NCBI RefSeq assembly: GCF_018350175.1
Contig: NC_058383.1
Span: 29,328,001-29,392,000, forward strand
Source of the DNA: Felis catus
Taxonomy: Eukaryota
Reading direction: 5' to 3'
Length of the DNA stretch: 64,000 bases
This document shows, piece by piece, positions 25,801 through 38,567 of this stretch. Position numbers and translations under genes: made by a program. The notes beneath the pieces were generated by a model, which was not told the DNA's origin, did no database searches, and saw only the letters and a list, made by a program, of their open reading frames with translations. How positions within the stretch are numbered: position 1 is the first letter of the stretch; every line of letters begins with the position of its first letter.

Positions 25801-26469
25801 TTCTCACTTAGAAACTTAGCTGGAGACCAAGTTTCAAGAGCAAAGCAGAAGACTTAATACAAGCAGTGCAGAGATGGGAAAACGCTAATCTCCTACAACA
25901 CAGGGGGGCTGTCATAAGGCCATCACCAGGCAGATGGCTGACAGGACAAAAATTCCATGTCACTAAAGCCAAGCCCACTCTGATAGCTGTCTGATATCCT
26001 GACCTAAGCTGAGAACAAACCACCAAGATGGGTAAGTAGAACTGTTTTTTAATGGTATTGACTTGCATACCTGACATTCTTTTTAGCCCTATTTTTAAAG
26101 CTCAAACCCAGGGCACAGCAAATATGTGAGAATACAGTAGGGGCTGGGCTCCCTTGGTCTCCCTGTCTGCCTGCTCAGACCTCAGGCCGTGGGTCTGGTC
26201 GCTGACCCCACCTCCTTCCAGACCAGGTTCTAGCCAAGCAGAGAGGCCAGTGGCTCTCGCCCTGAAACTCTGATAGGACAATCTGAACCCAGCTGCCTGC
26301 ACTACCTCGGATGAATCCGAGCCGGAGAGGCTCTGCTCTCAAACAGAAGAACACAAACACTGACTGCTTCTACAAGCCTGGCATCAGTCAGCGCTTGTGC
26401 TGAATTCAGTTCAACATTCACTGAGCGCTTCTTCTGTACCAGGCCCAGTGCTGGACGTTGCAGACGCAC

Positions 26470-26536
26470 AGACACATCACACACACACAGACACACACAG
26501 ACAGACAGACACGCACGCGCACACACACACACACAC
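26470..26536. repeat. Imperfect (CA)n microsatellite
   Basis: acacacacag/acacacac runs. Confidence 0.85.
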
Positions 26537-27095
26537 TAAAGTAGCTCTCGTCCCTCTCTCAGAGTCAAAGTCCCTCTCCTCAAGGGCTCACAGTTTAGTT
26601 GGAGGCATCGACACAATATGCAAATGCATGAATGTATTTCAGATCATGGTGATAAGGTCAGTAAGAAAAATCCTGCGGGAAGACCTAGTCCCTAACAAAC
26701 AGACATTCAGGAATGAGAAGAAATGCTGAAAGAAAATATGCAAACATTTTTAATCACCAAATTTCCATACCCCTCTGAACCCACGCCTCCCCTGGTGTAA
26801 GGGTTAAGGCAGGTAATTGCTAAATTCCTTCCCAGCTCAAAAATGCTATGATACTTGGCTTTAACAAGAACATTTTCTACTGAACTTAACCAGTTCCATT
26901 AAGTAGTTCAATAGCTCTGGCTTAAAGATAACTAAATAGCATTAAAATTTCAGTAAGGCAAAAAAAGACTATAAGGAGATGAACAACTAACTTATGTGCA
27001 GCATAAGACTTCTTACATAACCAAACGAAACATGAACACCCATTGGAAAGTAAGAAATGGGAATTTCCAATGCAATTATTAAAAACTATTTGTCT

Positions 27096-27318
27096 GGGGT
27101 GCCTGGGTGGCGCAGTCGGTTAAGCGTCCGACTTCAGCCAGGTCACGATCTCGCGGTCCGTGAGTTCGAGCCCCGCGTCGGGCTCTGGGCTGATGGCTCA
27201 GAGCCTGGAGCCTGCTTCCGATTCTGTGTCTCCCTCTCTCTCTGCCCCTTCCCCGTTCATGCTCTGTCTCTCTCTGTCCCAAAAATAAATAAACGTTAGA
27301 AAAAAAAAATTTTCAAAA
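27096..27318 (+). mobile_element. Young Can-SINE with TSD
   Basis: Near-consensus copy; TSD aaaaactatttgt. Confidence 0.92.
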
Positions 27319-27675
27319 AACTATTTGTTAGATTCCTTTGCATGCACTAGATTTTCAGTTCCCAAAACAATGTGACACATAATACGTGCTCAGTAAATAT
27401 TTGTCGAACAAAGAAACAAAGAAGTTCAATCTAACCCAAATCAAGAAGCCAGTTACAACACTGAACTCTCCAAACAGTGTGCGAGGTTTACAGTGAAGAC
27501 ATTACCTACCTGTGGTAAAGACACAATGACTGTGGGAACCATATTACCTTCTTGGAAGGCAGCTGAAATGCCCACCTTTTACCTAAAAAGGTCCAAATCC
27601 ATTTCAAAACCTGGTAACTATCCAAAGAAATAATCGGACAAGTGTCCAACAACGTATGCATAAAAAACTATGGAG

Positions 27676-27874
27676 GGGGCGCCCGGGTGGCTCAGTCGGT
27701 TGGGCGTCCGACTTTGGCTCAGGTCATGATCTCGCGGTCCCTGAGTTCGAGCCCCGCGTTGGGCTCTGGGCGGACAGCTCAGAGCCTGGAACCTGCTTTG
27801 GATTCTGTGTCTCCCTCTCTCTGCCCCTCCCCTGTTCATGCTCTCTTTCTCAAAAATAAATAAACGTTAAAAAA
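27676..27874 (+). mobile_element. Can-SINE
   Basis: Forward full-length copy abutting an L1 fragment. Confidence 0.88.
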
Positions 27875-28982
27875 AGAAAACCTTCTGTGCATCAAAGGAC
27901 ACTATCAGTAAAAGGTGAGGACCAACACAAAGAATGGGAGAAATATTTGCTAACCATATATCTGATAATATACAAAAAACTCCTATAATAGCAGAAAAAC
28001 AAATAATCTGATTAAAAATGGACAAAGGACTCAAACAGACATATCTCCAAAGATGACATACAAATGGCCAACAAGCATATGAAAAGATGCTTAACAGCAC
28101 TACTCATTAGAGAAAGGCAAATCAAAACCACAGTGAGATACCACTTCATAACACCAGAATGGCTACTATCAAAAGAGCATAAACTAGTAAGTGTTGGTGA
28201 GGACGTGGAGAAACTGAAACCCGTGCATGCGGGAGTGTGAAACGGTACAACCGCTATGGAGAACGGCACGGAGGTTCCTTAATAAACTAAACATAGAATT
28301 ACCATGTGGTCCATCAATCCCACTTTTGGGTATATGCCCCAAGGAACTGAAAGCAGGGTCTCAAAGAGATATTTCCAAACTCATGTACCTAGGGCGTTAT
28401 TCACAATAGCCAGAGATGGAAGTCAATGACTGCCGATGAGTGGATACACAGAGTATGGTATACATCCATACAATGCACTGTCATTCAGCCTTAAAAATGA
28501 AGGAGATTCTGACACAGGCTACAACATCAACAAACCTTGAAGGTATTATGTTAAGTGACATAAAAAGGCAAATACTGCATGATTCCATTTATACGAGGCA
28601 TCTAAAGGAGTCAAATTCATATGTACGTATGTACATATTTATTTAAATTCCAGTATAGTTAACACACGTCATATTCGTTTCAGGTGTACAATATAATGAT
28701 TCAACAATTCTATACATTACTCCATGCTCATCATGGAAAGTGTGCTCTTAACAGCCTTCACCTATTTCACCCATCCCCCACCCTAAAGGAGTCAGATTCT
28801 TAGAGACAGAAATGCAACCATGGGCAATCATCAGGGTCTGGAAGGAAGGGGGATGGGGCGTTACTGTTTAATGGCCACAGTTTCAGTTTTTTAAGACAAA
28901 AAGTTCTGGGTATTTGTTGCACAACACAAGTGTACTTAACACTACTGAGCTGCAGATTTTAAAATGGTTAAGATGGCAAAAA
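27875..28982 (+). mobile_element. Old L1 3' fragment
   Basis: L1 motifs (aaatggccaacaagcatatgaaaagatgct; caaatcaaaaccacagtgagatacc; atagaattaccatgtggtccatcaatcccact). Confidence 0.85.
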
Positions 28983-29277
28983 AAGGGGGGGAGGGTTATA
29001 TGTTATAGTGTGCGAATTATACCCCCAACAAAAGTTATGTGAAACATTTTAAAAAGCAAGTTACACAACCATTTGTAAAATAAAAGTGTGTGTATAGAAT
29101 AGAAATGAAATGTAAGAATCTACTGAAAAATGTTAACAGTGTTTGTATTACAGGTGAAAAAGAAGTCTGTAGTTTCCCACACTTTCAGACTTTTCTTCTG
29201 GAGAAAATGTAATTACCTTGATATACAAAAAACAGGGCATGGTCTCTATTAAGGGGCAGAAACAAGAAAGCTGATAC

Positions 29278-29456
29278 CTGGGCTGGAGTGCTTGTAGTCA
29301 CGGGAGACGGCGATTCACTAACTTTTGGCTCAGTCGGGGAAGCGGCGGACCCCTGCGAGTCCTGGCTGGCTGGCTGGTCTGGAGACAGAGCATCACTGCT
29401 GTCTTCGTCAAATGAGAAATCGCCCTGAGTTTGAGGATAGTCCTCCTTCCCAACGC
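29278..29456 (-). CDS. MRTFB: MRTFB exon F (GVGKEDYPQTQGDFSFDEDSSDALSPDQPASQDSQGSAASPTEPKVSESPSPVTTSTPAQ)
   Basis: Translated by hand (absent from the ORF track); acceptor tttctttag|GC, donor CAG|gtatca, 179 nt, phase 1 to 0. Confidence 0.95.
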
Positions 29457-29582
29457 CTAAAGAAAGAAATGATTTTCAACTTAACTTGACCTTGGAACAC
29501 CAAGCTTACAATGATAAAGAAGGAGAAACACTGTTTAGTACAAGAACTTAAGAAGCTGGTTAAAAAAAAAAAAAAAAAATGA

Positions 29583-29790
29583 TGGGGCTCCTGGGTGGCT
29601 CAGTCGGTTGAGCGTCCGACTTCGGCTCAGGTCATGATCTCACTGCTCGGGAGTTCGAGCCCTGCACTGGGCTCTGTGCTCACAGCTCAGAGCCTGGGGC
29701 CTGCCTCGGATTCTGTGTTTCCCTCTCTCTCTGCCCCTCCCTGATTCATGCTCTTTCTCTCCCTCTCTCAAAAATAAATAGTAAAACATT
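29583..29790 (+). mobile_element. Can-SINE
   Basis: Forward full-length copy. Confidence 0.88.
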
Positions 29791-30716
29791 AAGAAAAATC
29801 AAACATAATGTACTTCCCAGAGGAAGGACACACCAGTCACTACCTATGATGAATACTTGGGGAAGAAAGTCAGATCAGATCAGTCTGAATCAGATCAAGC
29901 CTTTGGATCCAACTACCAGTTTCAGGAAATACAGAAGACAAAAAAAGTTTTTAATGACACTGGGAATGCAAATGCATTCAGTAAAATCCAGTATGTGGGC
30001 ATGGCCAGAAAACAGAAGGCTTTTTCACCAACGAAGTAAGAAAAGTTAGAAGACCCACCCAGGAGATTAAGATTTAAGAGCTATATCAGCAAAGACAAGG
30101 TGTGAACCTTGCTTGGACCCTGATGTGGAAGACAAGTGTTAAAAACATTAAGAGGCATGGAAGAAAATGGAGCTATGGTTTGGTATCTGTGGATGAGTCC
30201 TATTTCATGGAGAGGCCCAGTTATGCTGATGCCTTGCCTTTTGGGGCCCATTTCTTTGGGACTGAATGTAATCATCATTGAATGTACTACTTAGAATTAC
30301 TGAGTACAAATTGCCTGAGATTTAAACCCATACTCATGCAAAATATGAAGTCCCTAGAGTAATGGAAACAAGACTAGTTTTTATAGCAGGATATTAACTT
30401 TTCAAAATTGCTTGCTGAACAAGCGGTATTATTATTATTTTTTCTGCTAAAACTTGTGCCAGAATATAAAGTATGCGTGGTGAGGAAACATTAGTAACTA
30501 TGATAAGATCAGGATAAAATGGACAAATTTTACCATTCTTAATAAATACATCTGTCCTCATGTGCTATTTACGTTGTTGAACTAACACTGAACAAGATAT
30601 TCATCTTTCCTAGAAGTACACAGAATTAAGTAATGAAAAATCTGTAAGGATCTTAAACAACACAACAGAAATTAAATAGTATAATGAGTAAGTTGAATTA
30701 AGAAAATGTCAGAATG

Positions 30717-30932
30717 AGGGGTGCATGGGTGGCTCAGTTGGTTGAGTGTCCAACTTCAGCTCAGGTCATGATCTCACGGTCCGTGAGTTCAAGCCCCACG
30801 TCGGGCTCTGTGCTGACAGCTCAGAGCCTGGAGCCCCTTGGGATTCTGTGTCTCCCTCTCTCTCTGCCCCTCCCCACCTGTGCTCTGTCTCTACTGAAAA
30901 TGAATAAACATTAAAAAAAATTAAAAAAAAAA
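30717..30932 (+). mobile_element. Can-SINE with TSD
   Basis: Forward copy; flanking atgtcagaatga repeat. Confidence 0.9.
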
Positions 30933-31130
30933 GATGTCAGAATGAAATTGGAACTTAAGGACAGAAACCTCAGACGTGACAAGAGGAACTTCTGTGTTAA
31001 CTGGTAAGAGATGCTTCATCTACCTTATTACATAAAAAACAAAAAAAAATCCCAAGAATAACGGGAATTGGTGCAAGTATTAATCGATTTCTAATTCACC
31101 CAGAAAACAATACTCATGATCGGTGCTGGC

Positions 31131-31359
31131 TTTTTTATTTTAATGTTTATTTATTTTAAGAGAGAGAGAGAGAGCATGTGCACGAGAGGGGGAGGGGCAG
31201 AGAGAGAGAGGGGGAAAGAGAGAGAGAGAGAATCCCAAGCCGACTCCACACCGACAGCACAGAGCCTGACGTGGGGTTCGATCTCATGAACCAGGAGATC
31301 ATTACCTGAGCCAAAATCAAGAGTCGGACTCTTAAGTGACTGAGCCACCCAGGTGCCCC
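31131..31359 (-). mobile_element. Can-SINE in sense orientation to MRTFB, with TSD
   Basis: Reverse copy; TSD ggtgctggctttt; tail carries three AATAAA hexamers on the gene strand. Confidence 0.9.
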
Positions 31360-31442
31360 TGGTGCTGGCTTTTTAAATTAAATTTGTTTGAAACTTCCAA
31401 GTTTCTCTTTCTCCCAGAAATAATAAATTTTTAGAGTCTTGC

Positions 31443-31604
31443 CTATAATTGCTTCCTTAACACTGGAGTCTACAGGAAGGATGTTTTTCTCTACCAGCTC
31501 CATAGGACCAGGTCTTTGAGCAATCTTTTCATTCAGATCATCCGCTAGTCGAGCTCTTTTCAACTTCATCTGAGTAGCCTGCAGGGATGGTTCTGCAAAT
31601 GTTT
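31443..31604 (-). CDS. MRTFB: MRTFB exon E, basic box and RPEL3 (ETFAEPSLQATQMKLKRARLADDLNEKIAQRPGPMELVEKNILPVDSSVKEAII)
   Basis: Acceptor cttttag|AA, 162 nt, phase 1 to 1, ends at a non-canonical donor ATAG|gcaaga. Confidence 0.95.
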
Positions 31605-34600
31605 CTAAAAGAGGAAACATAGTTTTAACCATTACTTGAATTACTCGGTTCCATAACGTTACTTCTGGCCAACTGAATCTAATTTAATTTAAACTGGGTT
31701 AAACATATTTATGTGTTCTCAATACACTGATGGAAAGAGAAGTAGGCTGTTTAAGAATGCTGTAGTGTACTCTGTATATTTTTAGTCCTGGATACTTTAT
31801 ACTGTCTATATAATGCCCTTAGACGCAAATTAACATGAACTCAAGCCAAAAATGTGGTACTGCTCTTGTTCATTTATGGTGGGAGGATCACAGTCACATT
31901 TGTTAGGTATTGGGAGGTCTGGAGGATGAACACGAGGGATGTGGTCCATCCGTGGCCCAAGAAGTGTCCAGGTGTGATCTGGCTTCACTGCAAAGTCAAC
32001 TGTGAGACGTGGCACTGTTCTCTTACTTAGTTAGGTCCTAAAGCTTCTCTGCAGGAGCCAAAGGAAGAGCCAGAATCAAATTCTTGGGTTGATCCTTGTG
32101 TGTCTCAGTCAATCATCCTCACTAAGAATCTGGGTTTATTTCTGGGTATATAACCTTGGAACATTCAATTACATAGTCATATGTCATAAAGATAGATGTC
32201 AATGGTCATAAAGAAGGCTCGGCTCATCTACTTGCAAACAGGAAGTTGTACAACAAATGCAAAAGTAACGTTAAGTATCCTAACTCATTCATCTGGGTAA
32301 CTGTGTCAATGATGGCTTCTGGTACCTCTCATTAACATTTTATTATATTGTTCTAAATAATGTTTAGAAGTGATTAAAAATATGGTGAGGTGTTAACCCC
32401 AAATTCTGAGTTGACAGTTGCCTGCCACTTAAATTATATAGCAGAAGGTCTTTTAATGAAAATCCCCATAAGTAATCTCAGGATTAACTGATGTTCTCTT
32501 TTTAGTGGGTACAATGTCCTGGCTGCAGCCCAAAGCACACCAAAAGCCCACGGCCCGTGAATTACTCCCCAGCATATCCGAGTGCTTCTCCTTCCACCAG
32601 CTGAATTACATGCTTACCACAACTCAACCTTGATGGTCCACAAAACAGTTCCTATCATTTCATATCTGCTGTCAATACATAGTTTAACTACATCTTATAG
32701 GAAAATGATAAACTTCAAAAATAAGACTATTTCTTGGGAACCTAAGTTAAATCCTTTGGAATGATTTGATAAAGGTGGGTTATTACAGAATAAGTCACTG
32801 TCAAATTAGGGCAATTAACAACTAAAATATTTGGGAAAAATTATAAAATCTAGGATTTTCCAACTCAGATTGCTTTTCAAGTGTCTTTATGTTGTTTTTG
32901 CACCCTAAATGGAAATTGTAGATGACGTATGATAGCTGTGCTTCATGCAAGAAAGATGATGTAAACTCCATTCACTTCCCTAATGAGGGCCCTGGTCCTA
33001 AATCAGAGTATTGGCTAATAAATGCACATTTCTGTAAGTGAAGATAACATGGGTGACCTCTTATTTTTAACATTTTCCTGTATAACCTTAGGCTGTGGCC
33101 CCCATCTTATTACATAAACCACTTCTAACCACAGAGGAAGATGACAGGTAGAGAGAATGAGACCATGCCAATCACTCTTAGGGTGATTTTAAATGCTGTT
33201 GTTAAGATCTAGGTAGGACAGTCTTCTGCCTTTCTCCTTTCTCCCATCAACATTTCCATATCAGGAATATGTCTGGAATGAAAATATCCCGAAAGTAAAT
33301 AATTAGACGCTGGGATTTTGGTATGTTTCTGTTTTTGGTCCTGTGATCTCCTCATCTCCACGATGCTGAGGTTAGATTTTAGCTGAACTTCAGAAAAATA
33401 ATTTAGACTTTTGCCTGCCAAACATCCAATTCAATCAAAATTGGGGTAATGTTAAAATAAGTTGGGGGGTTTGAAGTTATTTTTTAAAATTACAAACAAT
33501 ATATATTCTTTCTTACTTTAAAAATCCCAACTTGAGAACAGATACTAAAAAAACATCACTTACGGGCCGCTCATGCACATAGTTGGGTTTTTAACCATTG
33601 GGTAATCTTTTCTTCTTCTTCTTCTTTTTTTAAAGCAAATATGATTCTTTTTGATAGTTAAATGTATTTGCTTTGGTTTTAATTATATTAATAAAGCCTG
33701 TTACAATTAGAAGGCAAGTTGAAACAGATAGCATTGTTCCTTCAAAAATGTCCTTTATAGGTCGAGGTATTTTTGGGTGCGGAAGGAGCCCCGTCCCCAG
33801 TTACTTACCACCACAATTGCTTCTTGAAGATTCACTTAACCCTGAAATTTTTTGGGAGCTGTTTCTACCCTACCACTTGAGTTCTGGAAAAGCTTTTTTA
33901 GCCCAATGGACTTCTGAGAACACACTAAGAGTAGTGGAAGGCATATACCCGTCACTTCCCACCCCAGATATGGAGATAGTCACATAATCACAGATTCTTT
34001 GGATTAGAAGAGACCCTACTTGGGGATGCAGATACCAACTTGCTACTTGGGATTTGTTTACAACATCCTACTGTGGTGTCATCCTGTGCTTCGTCCCCAC
34101 CACAACAGCCTGTTTACTGCCATCAAGCCCTTTTCACAATCTGTAATTCATTTGTTTTGCCTGTTTATTATCTGTCTCTGCTACTAGATTGTAAGCTTCA
34201 TGAAAGCAGGCATGGATCTGGCTCATTTCCTGGGTCTCTGGGGTCTAGTTCACTGGCCAATGAATGACCACCTCAAATGAGCATAACCTTATTGCTTCTG
34301 GAAGAGTTTTAAACATGTCTGACCTTCAGGATATTACTCCTTATGATGAGCGACAATCTAATACTTTGTAATATCAACCTAATTCTAATACTAACTCTAT
34401 CATTAGACCAGAGGAATAAATGTAATATTCCTACTTGAGAAGAGTCTCTGAATCTTTGTGAGAAATTTCCAGATTCTTTCTGTATCATCTCAGGGTTTAA
34501 CACACTCAAGACTATCACGGGGTCAAGCTCCTAGTCCTTGCTTAATAAATCAGTCTGAGGAACAAAACAATGAAAGAAAACGTACTCAGGAGCTTATGGG

Positions 34601-35230
34601 GGAGGGGGGATACTTTCAAGAATGCTCTGTCTTTAGACAGAAAAACATTCTGGTCTGAGTCATGTGTCTCACTAGAGACAGAACAGAACTGTCCCTACCA
34701 GCTTCACAAGTGATGAAGCTAGACCACTGAGGAAATCCGGTGGGCTAAGTGGAGAGTATTTATATTAATGGTCAGATCAAGCTGGACTGTTGTGGGTACG
34801 TAACGACAAACAAAAGATGTTAGGTGTGGGCAGTGCACCAGGTAGATATAACAGGGTCCATCCAGATAGGTGAAAATCTAGGGTTATACTTGTGGCCACT
34901 GTACCCTTTATGACTTAATGGGAAAATATTCCTCACTGATGAAGAAATCCTCTGGACCAAAAATGTTTTTCCAGAACAGATGGTAGAGACATCTACAGCA
35001 CCAGTTGGTGGGGCAGAGTCAGTTCATCAATTGGTTATTTGGAGAATCAAACCTTCCCCATGTATCTAACATAACATTTTAGCTTTGGGTCTTCATGTTG
35101 GCTATCCAATTTGGAGGATGTCAGCCTGTGGGGTAAAAAGTTATTAAGATGGGAATAAACAGCAATGGTGGAATTCTCACTTCTTTTCTTGAGAAAATGC
35201 AGCAAAATAAGCAGAAATAAACATTTTTAC

Positions 35231-35306
35231 CTTCTAAAATGTGCATCCTGACAAGTTCAGAACGATCTGGTCGGCTCCGAATCTTATGCTTCAAAAAGTT
35301 TTCAGT
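35231..35306 (-). CDS. MRTFB: MRTFB exon D, RPEL2 (TENFLKHKIRSRPDRSELVRMHILE)
   Basis: Acceptor (ct)n-caag|ACT, donor G|gtaaaa, 76 nt, phase 0 to 1. Confidence 0.96.
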
Positions 35307-35309
<3 letters not shown>

Positions 35310-35343
<34 letters not shown>

Positions 35344-35354
35344 AGAAGAGAGAG
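35310..35354. repeat. (GA)n/(CT)n microsatellite forming the polypyrimidine tract of exon D
   Basis: agagag run ending immediately at the acceptor of exon D. Confidence 0.95.
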
Positions 35355-36477
35355 TGAGTCTTACTATAAATTGTTTATGACTTATTGTGGTTTTGCATTT
35401 TTCTCTCAAGGTACTCCATTTAAATAAATTGTACACTCTTTGGTCATGATTTTGAGAAGAAAAGAGTAGCAATTAGTACTTTGAAGAGCTATTATCCAAT
35501 ACATAATTTAAACTGCAGCCTTCAAAACTGCACAGGCACTTGAAATGCATGCTGGCATAAAGTAAGCACTTTACAGACTTTTATTTTAAAACTTGGAAAA
35601 GGCAAAAGGCTCATAATTTGCACAGACATAGGATTTTGATCATTTAAATATCTAATAGCTACACTTCAGGTCAAGTAAAAATCCACCTAAATAACAAATT
35701 TCTTTAAAATCCTAATGTGTTTTCATTGATGAATTCATATCCTTGATCATACTTTCTTACTCAGAAAGGTTCTCAACTGAAACAATAAGGCTTTCAAATG
35801 GGTTTTATATTTTACAAGATTCTAAGAGATCATTATCGCCTTCTGGGAAAATTCCTACGGAATTTTTGGAACATGCTTATTTTCATATTGCATGATAGAA
35901 GTATTCCCTAAAGCAAAAAGAATGAATGTGCATAATGGTACTTTTAAACAAAAGTAATGAACATGAATTCGATGTGCAAATGGCATGGAAAACTCTCCAA
36001 GAATAGAGCGGAGTTGAAACACAGCAACTTCTTTAATTCAGCCAGATTCTCCTGCCCTTGGTCAAACGTACAGCGGACGCAGACCCAGTAAGGAAACCAC
36101 CTAAAGATGTGTGGTTGTCGGGACACCACTTGGGCTGTCTGTCGGTCTGCTGGGGTAACAAGCGGCAGAAACACTCCATGGTTATTCTAAAACCTGTTGG
36201 TATGCCCCAGCACTGAAATGAAGAAATGCGATTTGTCCTTTATGTACAAAACCAGTTACTGGCTTTAAAAGAACAAAATTTGAACATCATGCATTTTCTA
36301 CAAACTTCCAAGATTCAACTACCCCAGAATATATAACTCTGGAAGCCACCTGTCCTGAAAATACGCTGCATTTTCTCTATGGATATATTTAGGAGTAAGA
36401 TTGCTACTTGCCCACAGGTACTTTAAAATACAAGAGAGAAGCAGAGAAGCAGAACCTCTGAAACTGAAATTTCTTAC

Positions 36478-36533
36478 CCTGGCTCGTTCCAAGCTTTTTA
36501 TCTGCTCATGGAATGCAGCTGGGCTCTTCAAAG
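36478..36533 (-). CDS. MRTFB: MRTFB exon C (PLKSPAAFHEQIKSLERAR)
   Basis: Acceptor ctcacag|CT, donor AGG|gtaaga, 56 nt, phase 1 to 0. Confidence 0.96.
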
Positions 36534-38567
36534 CTGTGAGAAGAATAAGAACCATGTAGACAGACGAGTTAATATTTCAGCCAAACGTTAGGGTACATTA
36601 TGTTGATGTTCCTTCTTAATCTTACTAGTTTGCATCTACAGTTCCATTTATTACTAGTTCCTTTAGGAGATCTGCAAAATTTGAAACCTTAGACGTTTCA
36701 GAATTAAAATCATATATTCACAAATAAAACAAGTGAACATTGAGGATAGAGTTGTACACATAATGACAATACAAGTACCAGGTCAGACTACTTGGAGCCA
36801 ACAGTTGGGCCAAATTACCATCACCAAGGGAACCGTGTGATGACTCCCTGATGGGTCTTTGCTCTTAGTGGCCATAAAAGATACCAGAAAAAGCCCAAAT
36901 GTCCAGAGGACGTTTAGCCTAGGAGTGGTCTAACCTTGAACACGAGGACATGCTACACTTTCTGTCTAGCAGAGCTGAGTTACCATTCACTGAGACCCCA
37001 CATTGGACATAGTCCTACGCCCTGTGGTCAATCACAGTTATATCGTGGCTGATCGTCACCACCTCGCAAGGTAGGTATCAGGCCAAGTACAGACGAAAGG
37101 CTCAAAGTGGTTACCCAAATTCTCGAAGCCATATAGCTAAATTGTGATCAAAGTGGAATCTAAGTCTAGCCTTGTGAATTAGAAGGTGTCATGCTCTTTC
37201 TATTGTACCACAGTGCAACTCACCCTAAAGGCCTAATGATTCTTTAATATGTTAACTACTAGTACTTTAAATATTCCAGAATCCCAGAGGGAGGATAAGC
37301 AGTGTTTTACTAAAACATCACTTACTACAGTATTTCTATCGACTGTCTTTGCAAAATCTTTTGTGTGTATGTCCACCTGTAAGAACTACAGGCAGTCAGA
37401 CGCTGTGCACAGGATTTGGGCTAGGTTTACTTGGGCCGTCACCTCTAAAACTTGACTCTCTGGGTAGGATTATTTTCAGCTCTGGTACTTGAAGCACTGC
37501 AAAGACTCCCAGGAGACAAGCCCATACAGGTTTCTGTCTAGGGAGCAGCTCCCAAAATCAGACTAGAGCTGGCTTGGCAGTGGTGTTTTAAATATCACTG
37601 ATACTATTTAATTGATTGGTTCATCATTGGGAAGGTGGTAGAGAAATCTGGCAGATCGTCAAACCACCTTTTGAGTCTATCATAATACTAGATTCAAAAT
37701 ATTTAGATACTCAATTAATAGTAGTCCAGAAAAGTTTTACTGGGAAAAAAGTCTACTGCAGAGAACAACTGTTCTCATAAGCCAAAAAAAGGTAGGGATG
37801 CATAAATTCATTTTGTAATTTCTTCTTAGTCTTTTAAAGCCATATAAATTACTTCTTCGAGAGATCAATTTTTAGACAAATATCCATACAAATAATCATA
37901 ACACCAAAGCAGCCACTCTTCCACCTCTAAAACATGAAATTACCTCCAAACTTGGTGAGCAAAGGTAAGAAGGCAACAGGCGAATATTCTAAAATTAATC
38001 AACTCTAAAAAATGAAGGCCTCGAAATACCTCCAAATTATCTACTTGGGCAAGAAAGATTTTATTAATTATAAACAGAATGTGTATTAGTCCTGTAACCG
38101 AGATGCACTTAATTACAGACCAGACTGTACTGTATCAAGGATAACTAACTTGAATTAAATAAAGTAGAACAAGTTTTAAAATTAATTTTATCACGTTACT
38201 TTCGCAAGTCAAAGTAACACTGGACCTGTTAGGCAGAGAGGAGTCTGATGATTTCAAAACTAAAACGAGGGCTCATGTTGGAAGTGAGAACTGATTTCAA
38301 CCTAACTACCCCGTTTTCAAGGTGTTCTTTGTGTAATACAGAATTAATTCAAGCCCATCTTTTACAGTGCATCTGGTTTTCAAAACGTTCTTTGAGAGGA
38401 TTCTCTTAGGCTGGCAGCGCTGAGGCCCGGTTTTCCGTATCAGCTCACGTGGACGCCGTATACGGACTACGTGGACACAACTGAAAGCAGAGCGCGGTCC
38501 AGGTTCTTCCCGGACAGGTGCGCTCTGTTACATCACACTGGAGGCGACAGTGACACTGAAATCTTAC

